Source: Zygophlyctis sp. KS116 (taxonomy: Eukaryota; Fungi; Chytridiomycota). Taken from it: a stretch of 32,000 nucleotides of DNA. Every line of letters starts with the position of its first letter. The first letter of the stretch is position 1. A model generated the notes under the pieces. That model did not search any database. It was not told where the DNA came from and saw only the letters and a program-made list of their open reading frames with translations. A program made the position numbers and the translations under genes. This document shows, piece by piece, positions 1 to 11,110 of the stretch. The stretch spans positions 1-32,000 of the forward strand of contig BAAFSQ010000037.1 of assembly GCA_054661495.1 (NCBI GenBank), read 5' to 3'.

Positions 1-114
1 AAACCAATTCCTTATATTTTTGGAAGTAGAGGACCTCAAGAAGCTACTGATTTTGTTCAAAATCTTGGTTATATTAGACAAGAAGAATATGCATGGACTT
101 CTTCAAGAATGTAG
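1..114 (+). CDS. ZWF1: Glucose-6-phosphate 1-dehydrogenase, 3' end (partial)
   Basis: Frame 1 reads KPIPYIFGSRGPQEATDFVQNLGYIRQEEYAWTSSRM*, matching the conserved G6PD C-terminal motif (P.PY..GSRGP..A). Not in the ORF track. Confidence 0.85.
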   Translation, partial: KPIPYIFGSRGPQEATDFVQNLGYIRQEEYAWTSSRM

Positions 115-124
115 TTTTTTGATA

Positions 125-1387
125 TTATTTTCTAATAAAGACTGCCACAAAGAAACCAATTGTCTGATCATCTTCTGGTAAAGTCCTAATGACATCTTTA
201 CCTATTTATGAGAATTTTTAAGCTATACCGTATTTAAACTCTTTTAAACCTCTTCTTTTCCAATCAGGAAACACATTTTCTTCTAATTTAAAGTCTTGCT
301 GATGATTTAAAATATACTCTACAACATCTTCATTTTCTTCCTTGTGAATTGAACAAGTTGAATAGACTATTTTTTCCACTTTTGGAAACTTTAAAGCATG
401 CAATATTATTTCCTTTTGAAAACTTGAGAGTGACTCTAACCGTTCCTTTTCATCTGCTTTATTTGAGTCTTTTGAATCCATAATCAGATCATCTAATCTC
501 CCAACAATTCCCGATCCAGAACAAGAAGGATCCAATAAAATATACTTTACTTTAGAATACCTTGAACTTTTTGGATCAACTTTTAAAAAATCCATATTTT
601 CAGCTATAATATTCTTACAACCTGCATTATCTGTCATTCTTTTTAGAGTATTAAATCTCTTAAAATCCTTTTCAAAAGCATATATAGTCCCAGTATTCTT
701 CATTATAGCTGATAAATGACTAGTTTTATTCCCTGGAGCAGCTGTAGCATCTATAACCATACTATTTTCCTCTGGATTTAGTAAAAAAGCAGGAAAACAA
801 GATGCTTTATCTTGAAATAGAATAGAACCATCCTTATACATTGAATCATCATGTAAATCAGTTGATGAATGTAATAAAAAAAGATTTTCCAAATGATTAT
901 CCTTTGAAATACATTTCTTTTGAGTATTAACTTGTTGTGGTTGTACAATTTTAAATCCCTTCTTTAGAAAATGTTGTAGAACCACTTCTGAACTTGTTTT
1001 TAGAGAATTCACTCTAATATATTTTGGAATTTCTAGAATTGATCTAGACAATTCTTCATCTTTTGAGACTTTATTTTTAATCTTTAGTCTAGCAACTTCA
1101 GAGACTAGTCTAATCTTGTTTTTTAAGAGAATCTTGTTTTGAACTTTTCCTTTTCCAAAGAGCAAATCCCATGCCAGTACTAATTCCAACCAAGAATCTA
1201 GTCCAGTCTTTACTTTAGCATTAGATAGAACAGTTTGCAGACAAGTTTTATATTTTAGAGTCTCACAAACCAATTTGAGTAATCTTTTCTTATCCTTTTC
1301 CTTGCAAGAATAAATCATAGATTTGAGATTGCATTTGGACTCATGAATCTTTTGTAGTATAGATGCTGCAGTATTGTATATAGTCAT
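125..1387 (-). CDS. RCM1: 25S/28S rRNA (cytosine-C5)-methyltransferase, NSUN5/Rcm1 family
   Basis: Motifs QDKASCFPA, DATAAPGNKT, LLDPSCSGSG and YSTCS..EENE. A 27-nt GT-AG intron at 202-228 restores the C-terminal GFFVAVF motif. Confidence 0.9.
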
Positions 1388-1442
1388 TTTTCTCTTTAGA
1401 ATTTTCCCCTTGAGCCTTACAAAAGTATGATTTGTATAGAAT

Positions 1443-2090
1443 TTATATAGTTTTATTCCTCATTTTACTCTTGAGTTCCAGTAATAATGTTTTCATGAGA
1501 GGATTATACAGTCTGATAGATTTTACAGGAGCCTTCTTTCCTACAATACCTTTATTTACAGACTCTTGCATTATACAATCTTGTAAATCTACAGCTATAC
1601 TAGATTTACTAATAGAATTACAATTTATAGCAGTACTACTTTTATGAGATTCAGACAAGACATTTTGATGACGAGAGACTAGTGGAGAAGACTGTAGAGC
1701 TTCTACTTTTCCTTCCAAGACTTTAATTCTCTCTAGTGATTTTTCCAACAAATTAGAGACTGAATCTGTTCCTGAATCTTCAGTTCCTGATTCTCCTGCA
1801 TCAACAGCTTCCAAAACAGTAGTATCTGACACAGTAGTATCAATAGTATCTGAAACAGTAGTAGAAACAATAGTTGTACCAAGAGTAGCATCAAGAGTAT
1901 CAGTCGGTGGAGGAATATCAGCAGCGGAAGAGTCTTCATAGTCTAGATATGCTGCATTACTAGACTTTCGAATTAGGATTTTCCTTGGTTTGGATATAGT
2001 CACAGATTTCTTATGTAATCTAGAGAGTAAAGAGTCTTGGATACAAGTCTTTAATGCTGAAAAGTTCAATGACTGGAGAATTTCTTTCAT
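1443..2090 (-). CDS. Hypothetical protein with Thr/Asp/Val low-complexity tract and short coiled coil
   Basis: Open frame of about 215 aa from the ATG at 2090 (the track's GTG start lies inside the last ARPC3 exon). No family recognised. Confidence 0.55.
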   Translation of the reverse strand: MKEILQSLNFSALKTCIQDSLLSRLHKKSVTISKPRKILIRKSSNAAYLDYEDSSAADIPPPTDTLDATLGTTIVSTTVSDTIDTTVSDTTVLEAVDAGESGTEDSGTDSVSNLLEKSLERIKVLEGKVEALQSSPLVSRHQNVLSESHKSSTAINCNSISKSSIAVDLQDCIMQESVNKGIVGKKAPVKSIRLYNPLMKTLLLELKSKMRNKTI

Positions 2091-2094
2091 AAAT

Positions 2095-2672
2095 TTAACT
2101 AGTTCCAACTCCACTCAAATTCATAAATTTCCTCTTGGAGAAACACATCCACCATTTAGAAGGAGTTTTTCCATCTTCAAATGGTCCTGGAGTATACACT
2201 TTTGATAATAGTCGATGTACGCATTCAGAGCGAAGTTGGACTAAATAACTTTTAAGTAAATCTTTTAAATTTAGATAAAGTATTAATTACCAGAGTCTTC
2301 GCGAGTCTCTATAGATTCAGTCACTGCATTCAAGGGAAATCCAGGCTCTCCAGGAATAGGAAAAGATCTATTAGCATGAGTTAATAGGATTTTAGTAGCT
2401 TCAGTTATAGGTAGAGGCTTATTTGAAAGTATTCCAAGACATTCCTGTATAAACAGAGTCGTGTAAATTAGAATAATATCGGCTGGAGACTTGATTTCAA
2501 AATTACGAAAAAAGGAATTTGCTCTAAAAAGAGATATAGTGTCGTCTAGAATATCTTCAGATTCAGGTTCGGCTGTAGGAGCAGGCCCACGAATACTGGT
2601 TTTTAGAGGTAAGAGGGGAATGCTCTTGACATGGCGAACATTGGACTCTATAGACGAATGATACGCTGGCAT
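2095..2672 (-). CDS. ARPC3: Arp2/3 complex subunit 3 (p21-Arc)
   Basis: MPAYHSS start, FRANSFFRNFEIKSPAD and FPIPGEPGFPLNA. A 29-nt intron at 2262-2290 leads to exon 2 with the conserved PSKWWMCFSKRKFMN. Confidence 0.95.
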
Positions 2673-2787
2673 CAGATTTAACACGCAAATTTTTAGTTCT
2701 TGTAACTGCAAACGCTATAACTGCAAGTCTAAACTCTTCTTTGAAAGTGATGGGTTAAACTCTGAAATGACTGTTTTATTTTTAAAA

Positions 2788-5700
2788 TCACCAGTGGTCA
2801 TCAGGTTCTGCTTCATTCTCTGAATCTATTCCTTGTGCGTGTCGCTGCTGTTCTGGGCCTTTAGAGACTCCAGGTGCAAGAAATACAGAAGATCTTGTAT
2901 CATCCATGACTGGGAGAATTGGTGGGTTTAATGCAATAAATGGTGCATTAATATCATCATCTTTAATTACTAAAGATCGCTTAGGAGACATGTTTCCAAC
3001 CAAATCTAAGGCAGTTTGTAATAATGGTTCAATAAGATGAGTAGGTGCGTTTCTAGAGCTTCCGATTGAAAATCCTCGAGAGGATCCTTTTCTAGCCATC
3101 AAAATTTCAGAGTCTGCAAAGTCTGGTTTTGTAGGATTATGGCAAAGACTGGTCGATCTCATTGATGGGATGATTTCTGTCTCTAAAGAATTATCTCGAG
3201 GATTGGCAGAAATATTCTCTTTTTGACCGAGTTCACTAGTAGATACTCTGGATTCATTAGGATCTTCTGGGATCACAGATGGAACTTTGAAAATGCCGGA
3301 TTCATCATCTTCAGAAATATCTTCTCTTCTTAAAGATCCTAGTACCATATATCTTTCCTCCTAAAATATTAGAAAAATGAAATTACCATAAGAGTCTGGT
3401 AACGATAGGATAATCGAATAGTTGGGACATTGGTTTTCTGAATATCTAAACTCTAAGGTTTTTAGTAATTACCATTTCCAGCAGGTCCTGCAATCATACA
3501 ATTTTCTCCAAGCCAGTGTTTTTTAATTTGCATTTCAAATCCACTCTGAAGGACGCTATTGCGAGCGATTTCACACATGTCAGTGGCTGATAGCTTCCAG
3601 ATCTGGCATTAATTAAAACAAAAATAAATACCTGTGCGGCAACACTGTATTCTTCAATCAGTGGTTCTTTTGTAAAGTGAAACTGTAAAGGATCGTCTGT
3701 AGAAAGCGATATATTCAGTCCACGTTGAAAAAATGATAAGAATGGGTTTCTTTCATAATTTAAGAAAAGAGCATTGTTTGACAATGGAGACATTGCAACA
3801 CCAATCTGTTCCAAGTAAAATAAATACTGAAGAGCAGGGACTTTACGCAGTAATATGCCATGAGAGATAGAATGCGAAGTCAAAAATGCGGAGGTTAAAT
3901 GATCTGTATCTCCAGCTTCTCCAGCATGCGGCCGTAAAACATAAGTATCTAAAGTTCAGTAATTATAATATACTGAATCCCCTAGCTTTTCTAAAAAAAT
4001 TCAAAGTTGACATATTGGCGTAGAGATAATAAATATAATAGCTATAAGGAGGATTATAGCGAGTAGTCCATTGTATCGGAGGAGGATAAGTCTTGTATGC
4101 TCTTTTTTCAGGTTTACTTTCATCATCAACAGAATCGAACCCAATCACTCTCTGAAGAAATATATGTAATTTAGGATGCGATTTAGGATTTTTGGTTACT
4201 TCAAACAGAGGTTCAAAAATGTCTAAGGATGAGAATTAAAAAAATACTGTTAAGCATATCTTGAAAAGATTTAACGATCCCACTTTGTTTGTATACGTTG
4301 TAAAGCCTTGGAATTTGAATCAACCATCGAACATTATGGGAGAAAATATTATTATTCACCACCCAAGAAGCCAAGTTATCCCACTCTAATTTAGATCTTC
4401 CATATATTGAGACTCGGTATTCAACCATTTGGTACTTGCTCGCCTCCAGGTCTGATATTACTTCTAAATTATAAATGCGTATTCAAATCATACCCTTTGT
4501 TAACTCGGCAAGGTATCGACCTTTAATATGATTATCTGTTTTGAGAAAAATCTCTCGCAGTCGGGATTCTCCTATAGGATTATATTTTAGATTGAATTTG
4601 TCAAAACGGTGAAAGGAATCTTTGTGAGCCTACAGAAACAGTTTATATAGTTTAATTACATGCATGTCCAGTGTATCAATGCTTAGATCATAGGCTGTCA
4701 GTTTCAAACTTTCAAATACCTGCGACAGTGTCAAGTATTTCCCATCTCTATATATCACAACATCCTAAAACTTAAATAATTATCAGTTACATTAGGATCT
4801 TTTTTGAGGCGAGACTTTATAAATCTTAGCAAATGCTTTTGATTCATACAAGAAGAGTGATGTATATGAGTATCAACTTTCCGAACATTATAAAAGTCAC
4901 GATGAGGAACTTTCTTTGAGTCAGCCAGCTCCTGATACTCATTCAGTAGCATATACATATGAAACTTTGAGTCTAAATATCTTAGTCTCCGGTAAGCAAA
5001 GCTTTTTGTAGGACTAAATTCCATTACTTCATCAATTGTTACCCTTCCGAGCAAATAGAAAGTATAAATTCCTGATCTTGATAATATTTTTTCAAAGATA
5101 ATATTGGAGTATTGATTGGATCATCATGTTTATCTGAAAATATTTGATATATGCCATCTGCCCCTACTTTATATTCATAATCGTGCTCCTCATCAATCCT
5201 ACATTTTGAAAGATCAAACTGTTCACAAATAGTCGGAATAGAAGCCGATGGATCTGAAGCCTTGTATGCAGACGCCTGTGGAGGATGTGCTATTTTCAAT
5301 GAAAAGCGCAAAACTTACGATATATTTCCCACTCGTCCATGTCTTTTGGATTATCGCCCAAACATTGCAAACTATCAGACAAGTACTGCTCTCTTAACGA
5401 GATACATTTTTCTAAAGATTCAAAAATATGTCGTAGTTCTTGACCCAATTCCGCATCAACTTTTCATGAGTAAATATAGTTACCATCATCGACAATAGCT
5501 GCCGAGGAATACTTGGCAGCAGCTTCTGAAGTCACTGCCGTTCCAGTTTTCTCAGACATTCGCTCGGCAATAGACATCGATGTACCTTTCTCTGCTTCTC
5601 CCAGCAGTGAGACCGAAGAATTCCTTTCAGACTTGCTAGAATCTTCCCTCGAAGTAAGCCTGTATGCCCAATACTTTGCATCATCCTAAAAGATTAGTTT

Positions 5701-5879
5701 GGATGGATAAGTGGGAAGTCATAGACATTTTAACTTACCGCATTATGATGAAACACTGGATTGGGACTCTTGCGAATCGACGCAGGTGATGTCGTCTCAG
5801 GAGAGTCAATAATATAAATTCTCTTTGGGGCAGACTGGAGACCGCCGGCAGAGTTTGGAAGACGTTCTTTTTTGCTCAT
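2788..5879 (-). CDS. AMD1: AMP deaminase (12 introns)
   Basis: [34 protein letters not shown] and [11 protein letters not shown]. Removing 12 GT-AG introns (24-30 nt, first one 53 nt) gives a continuous frame. Confidence 0.95.
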
Positions 5880-5907
5880 TTTAAGTTAAAATTGCACGCG
5901 AAATTAA

Positions 5908-7678
5908 TCATTCAGGTTCATGATTGTGATCACAGACTCCACCAATTGAGCATACATTGACACTTTTCAACCATTCAGATTCAATTAATGATTTAATAGA
6001 TATTCTGGTTTTGGGATTTGGATCAAGGATTTTATACTAGGCGTTATTATTTTCAAATTACCAAAATATTCCTAGGTCCTACATTCAAACGGTCAAATGG
6101 TTGATAGTGGTTGTTTGAAGCTAAATATTTTGTATAGCGAGTATCCATTGTGGATGCTGCACGCCAGGGACAGGAAACACAAGAAAGTACGAAATAAATA
6201 ATCCCAAGAGCCCAAATGTCTACAGACTCTGAATCATACTCTGAATCAGTATATTCTTCAGGTGCCATATATGGACCAGATCCAATAAGACCATGAGACT
6301 TTGTAGTCCCTGTAGTAAATGGAGCACGGAAAACAGAAGATACACCAAAATCTGTAATCTTCAATACTCGAAGTGACTTATCCAATAAAAGATTTTCTAA
6401 AAGATTTAAAAAAATTATAAAAATCATACCAGGTTTCAAGTCGCGATGAGACACTCCCATAGAATGTAAATATTGAACACCAGTGACAAGTTGTTTGAAA
6501 TAACAATTAATCTCAAAAGCATTTGTCATTCTTCCTGTTGTAATTCTTGTAAACAGATCTCCACCTTCGCAGTATTCCATTACTACACACCATGCATGCT
6601 TCTAATAAATTAAGGCTATAGAAACCTACTTCATCTTGAATCAGATCAAATGTACGAACAATATTGACATGATTTAACGATGAGCTGATACAAAATTCAG
6701 CATTTAGCTTTTTAATGTATTCCTTCTTTATACTCAGAAAAATATTTATATTTACCTTTGACTCTTCCTTTTTCCGCTTTCTAAACTCTTTAACTGCACA
6801 CTTCACTTTTGACTTTGCAGGACAACATAGCCTTACAGTAGCCGTAGCTCCCTTCCCCAAGACTCCTCTCAAAGTTCCATACTTTTCAGAAAGAGAAGCA
6901 TCTGACAATTTCCGATCAATACACTTAATTTCTGGTTCATAGAGAATTTGTGAAGCTGTTTTTTTAGAATGATCATTAGTCTCTGCTATTGCACTTTGGG
7001 CAGACGAGGCAGTAATTGTTGCTGGAGAAGTAGTTGGATTCAAACTAGGACTTGATTTCCAAAAATTAAAAACAAAAGATCTTGTAGGCTTTGCTTCCCT
7101 ATCTTCATCCTCTGATTCTATATCTGAAACATTTGCCTCATGAAAAAGTGAAGGAGACGATCTAAGATGTTTTTTTCCTGAAGAACTAGAATGTCCTTTT
7201 GATAATTCAATTGAGGGTGGTGGTAGTGAACTTAGAGAAGATTGTGAGTCATCTGAATGATATTCGTCATCAGACTCTATCCGTTTAGACTTTCCCCAAG
7301 CATAATTCTTTGGCCTTGTATTAGGAGACGCTGAGCCAGTATCAGACATTTCTTCCTCACCGGGATGAAATATTCTATACCAAATGGTTTGTTTTGACTC
7401 TGTAGCCTTCTTTTGAAGATCTGGAGAAGGAGTTCTAGAGTTTAAAGAGTAGAAACATACCTCTTTTTAAAACCAAAGCCTTCTTTACTGAAAGATAGCT
7501 TCCTCTGCCCAGACGGTGGCTTACCTGCCTTACGATAACCTTCTTCATCCTCTGAAGAGGCAGCCGATGCATCGGATTCTGCAGCATTACCGATAAAACT
7601 TCTTTGCCTTGAATGATTAGACTTTTCTTTGTCTGCCAAGAGTCCAGGATCCCAAATCTCTGCATGAAAGGGGTTCAT
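5908..7678 (-). CDS. Ser/Thr protein kinase, fungal Hal/Hrk1/Sat4 (Npr1/Hal5) family
   Basis: GKGATATV, AVKEFRK, AEFCISSSLNH.NIV.T.DL, HRDLKP/EN, DFG and GSGPYMAPEE. Ser-rich N-terminus; five introns of 25-33 nt. Confidence 0.9.
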
Positions 7679-8054
7679 TTGCCACTATCAAAGTTATTTT
7701 TAGACCTCTTGTGCGGCAACTCAGAAATTCGCGATCTTAAACCTCCAGATTGTTAACTCTGCTATCAACTGATACACAAGATGAAATCAAGACTAATTTT
7801 AAAAGCATTCAAGAGCATCGAGGAGCATATATTCTTTGATTCTAATCATTACAAAAAATCATGTGTTTGCACTCAATCTCTGACTGGACATAATCTGTTG
7901 GGATTGAGATTCTGCTAGCAAATAGTAAATTTCTGAAATTTTATTTTAAATGGCAATCGTACAATTTATATTCTGGGAACAATAGTAGTTTCGGACAAAC
8001 AAGTGAAATTCGTCTAGGTTAACCAGGATATCTTCAAGATAAGTCATCTACAAA

Positions 8055-8976
8055 ATGAAAATTGCTAGAAAGACGGTAGCTAAAAAGGTTTATCCAACTG
8101 GAAATCCAAACTTCTCAGTCATGCAAGCATTCCCTGCCGGATTATCAAAAGAGGAAGTTGATCCAATGCTCATGTGCGATTACTTTCACTTTACTTCTCA
8201 AGAGAAATATACATCAGGATTTCCTATAGATTGGCATCCACATGCAGGAATGGATATTTGTACTTTTATTAAACAAGGAGTTGGGAGACATGCAGACTCT
8301 ATGGGTAATAAATGTGAATTTAAAGCTCCTGGAATTCAATGGATCTCTGTTGGATCAGGAATTGAACATGCAGAAGGTATAAATTAAATAGATTTATAGA
8401 CTAGGAGGTGGAACTGAAAAAGGATCTATAGAAGAAGGATTTCAATTATGGTTTAATACACCTATAAAACATAAAAATGATGATCCTATTTACGGACAAC
8501 CTACTGATCCTTTACCAATAATTAACTTTAATCCTAAAGTTAAAGCAACTTTAATATCTGGAAAGGTACAATCAATATATTAAATCTAGGTGAATGAGTT
8601 TATAGGACCATTTAAAACTGTTCAACCTATACAAATATTAGATTTTGAATTAGATCAAGACTCTGAAATTAGTTTTGAAATTCCAAAAGAATTAGAAACT
8701 AGTGTTTTATTTGTGTATTCAGGATCTGGAAATTGTCGAGATCAAAATGTTACTAAATGGGATGTTTTACTACTCAAAGAATCTAATCATAAAAACCTAG
8801 TTTTATCTAGTAAACTTGGATTAAAAGCAATTTTATTTTCAGGAAGTCCCATTAGGGAACCCATAACTTGGTTAGGACCTTTTGTACAAGGAAGTGAAGC
8901 AGATATGCAAAGACTTATTAGCAATTATCAGTCGGGAAGGTTTCCACCGGTTCAAGTCAAGAATTACAAGGGTTAA
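8055..8976 (+). CDS. Pirin family bicupin protein
   Basis: [36 protein letters not shown] and EPI.W.GPFV. Introns 8377-8404 (28 nt) and 8566-8589 (24 nt). Confidence 0.9.
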
Positions 8977-8999
8977 AAACTTTCGCGTTTAACGTTAAA

Positions 9000-10274
9000 A
9001 TGAGTGACTTGAGAGCGTCGGTGCTACAAGAATACAGAAAGAAACTGGGAGAGCATGCCGACATGGAAACCAAGTTGAAGGAGTCTAGAAGCGGTCTTCA
9101 GGCACTCGAAAAACAATATGATAAATCAGAAAATGATATAAAGGCACTGCAATCCGTGGGTCAAATCATTGGAGAAGTTTTAAAAATGCTGGATCAGGAA
9201 AAATGTATGCCTAATTAAACTGAAAAAAAGTCATTGTTAAAGCTTCGAGCGGTCCTAGATATGTCGTTGGTTGCAGATCAAAAGTAGACAAGGAAAAATT
9301 GAAACAGGGGACTAGAGTTGCATTAGATATGACAACTTTAACAATCATGCGTATTTTACCAAGAGAAGTGGATCCATTGGTGTATAATATGTCAACAGAG
9401 GATCCCGGAAATATTTCTTTTGCTGGAATTGGGGGTTTGTCGGAACAGATTAGAGAGCTGAGAGAAGTACACTTATTAAAACTAAATTTTAGGTTATTGA
9501 ATTACCTCTACTTAATCCTGAATTATTCATTAGAGTTGGAATTAAGCCGCCTAAAGGGGTTTTACTCTATGGCCCTCCAGGAACTGGTAAAACTTTATTG
9601 GCAAGAGCAGTCGCGTCAACTCTTGAATGTAATTTTCTAAAAGTTGTATCCTCTGCTATTGTTGATAAATACATTGGAGAATCTGCAAGGTTAATAAGAG
9701 AAATGTTTGGTAATTTTCAATTTTTAATTTTAAAGCATATGCTAAAGATCATGAACCATGTATTATTTTTATGGATGAAATTGATGCTATTGGTGGTAGA
9801 CGTTTTTCAGAGGGTACTTCTGCAGATAGAGAAATTCAAAGAACTTTAATGGAACTTTTGAATCAAATGGATGGGTTTGATTATTTGGGACAAACAAAGC
9901 TTATAATGGCAACAAATAGGCCTGATACACTTGATCCTGCTTTACTTCGACCCGGAAGATTAGATCGTAAAGTTGAAATTCCACTTCCTAATGAGAATGG
10001 ACGTTTGGAAGTTTTAAAGATCCATTGTGCTCCTATTACCAAGCATGGTGAAATTGGTAATTTTTAATTTTTATTAAATTTAGACTATGAAGCTATAGTT
10101 AAATTATCTGATGGATTTAATGGTGCAGATTTAAGAAATGTGTGTACTGAAGCCGGAATGTTTGCCATTCGTGATGAACGAGACTATGTGATTCAAGATG
10201 ATTTCATGAAGGCAGTTCGTAAAGTTGCAGATTCTAAAAAGCTTGAAGGGAAATTAGACTATGAAAAGGTATAA
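9000..10274 (+). CDS. RPT4: 26S proteasome regulatory AAA ATPase Rpt4 (PSMC6)
   Basis: [27 protein letters not shown], Walker [35 protein letters not shown] and C-terminal LDYEKV. Introns 9205-9230, 9467-9492, 9710-9735 and 10057-10083. Confidence 0.97.
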
Positions 10275-10544
10275 GTGTAACGACGATAATAAATTCCACA
10301 AGTCTTTTTTTACATTGACATTTACTGGTGTGAGTCAGGGGTGAGTCATTGTCATGGGTAGGGGTTGACGGACGGATGGCAAGTTTCAGTTTTTTAGAGG
10401 AAAAAGAAAACTGTCAGGACTCGTTGAGAATTAAAAGAATTTAGAATTTTAATAGATTCAAATAAAACAATATATTTTAATTTCTTAAATTTTTACAACG
10501 TACAAAGTATCTAGGGCCTACGCCCCTTTGCCCTAGAAAAAAAA

Positions 10545-11095
10545 ATGACTGAAAAAGAGAATCCAATGCAAGCTCTCAAGTTGGGCAAACTATGTCTAAA
10601 CATTTGTGTTGGTGAATCAGGTGATGCTCTTACAAAAGCATCAAAAGTCTTGGAACAATTGACTGGACAACAACCTGTTTTTTCAAAAGCTAGATATACC
10701 GTTAGAACTTTTGGTATCCGCCGTAATGAAAAAATTGCTGTCCATTGCACTGTTAGAGGGATCAAGGCTGAAGAGATCCTTGAAAGAGGTCTTAAAGTTA
10801 AGGAATATGAATTAAAAAAATCAAACTTTTCTGAAACTGGTAATTTTGGATTTGGAATTACTGAACACATTGATCTTGGTATTAAATATGATCCATCTAT
10901 TGGTATCTATGGTATGGACTTTTTCGTTATTATGGAACGTCCAGGAATGAGAGTGTCTAGAAGAAAAAGAAAAACTGGTCGTGTTGGTGCTCCACATCGT
11001 GTGACTAAAGATGAAACTGTGGACTGGTTTAAAAAGAGAGTAAGTTTTTTTATATTTTTATCCTATAGTTTGATGGAATCGTTTTGAACAAGTAA
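10545..11095 (+). CDS. RPL11: 60S ribosomal protein L11 (uL5)
   Basis: [44 protein letters not shown] 29-nt intron at 11040-11068 gives the C-terminus [10 protein letters not shown]. Confidence 0.97.
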
Positions 11096-11110
11096 AATTT
11101 TCATTTTTTT

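Noticed and set aside
5686-5738. The 53-nt intron as two nested tiny introns (stwintron)
   Set aside because: There is no internal AG at a usable distance.
10511-10870. Antisense ORFs over RPL11 and over M16, LIG4, the kinase, SmB and PAF-AH
   Set aside because: Shadow ORFs opposite well-conserved genes, with no motifs.
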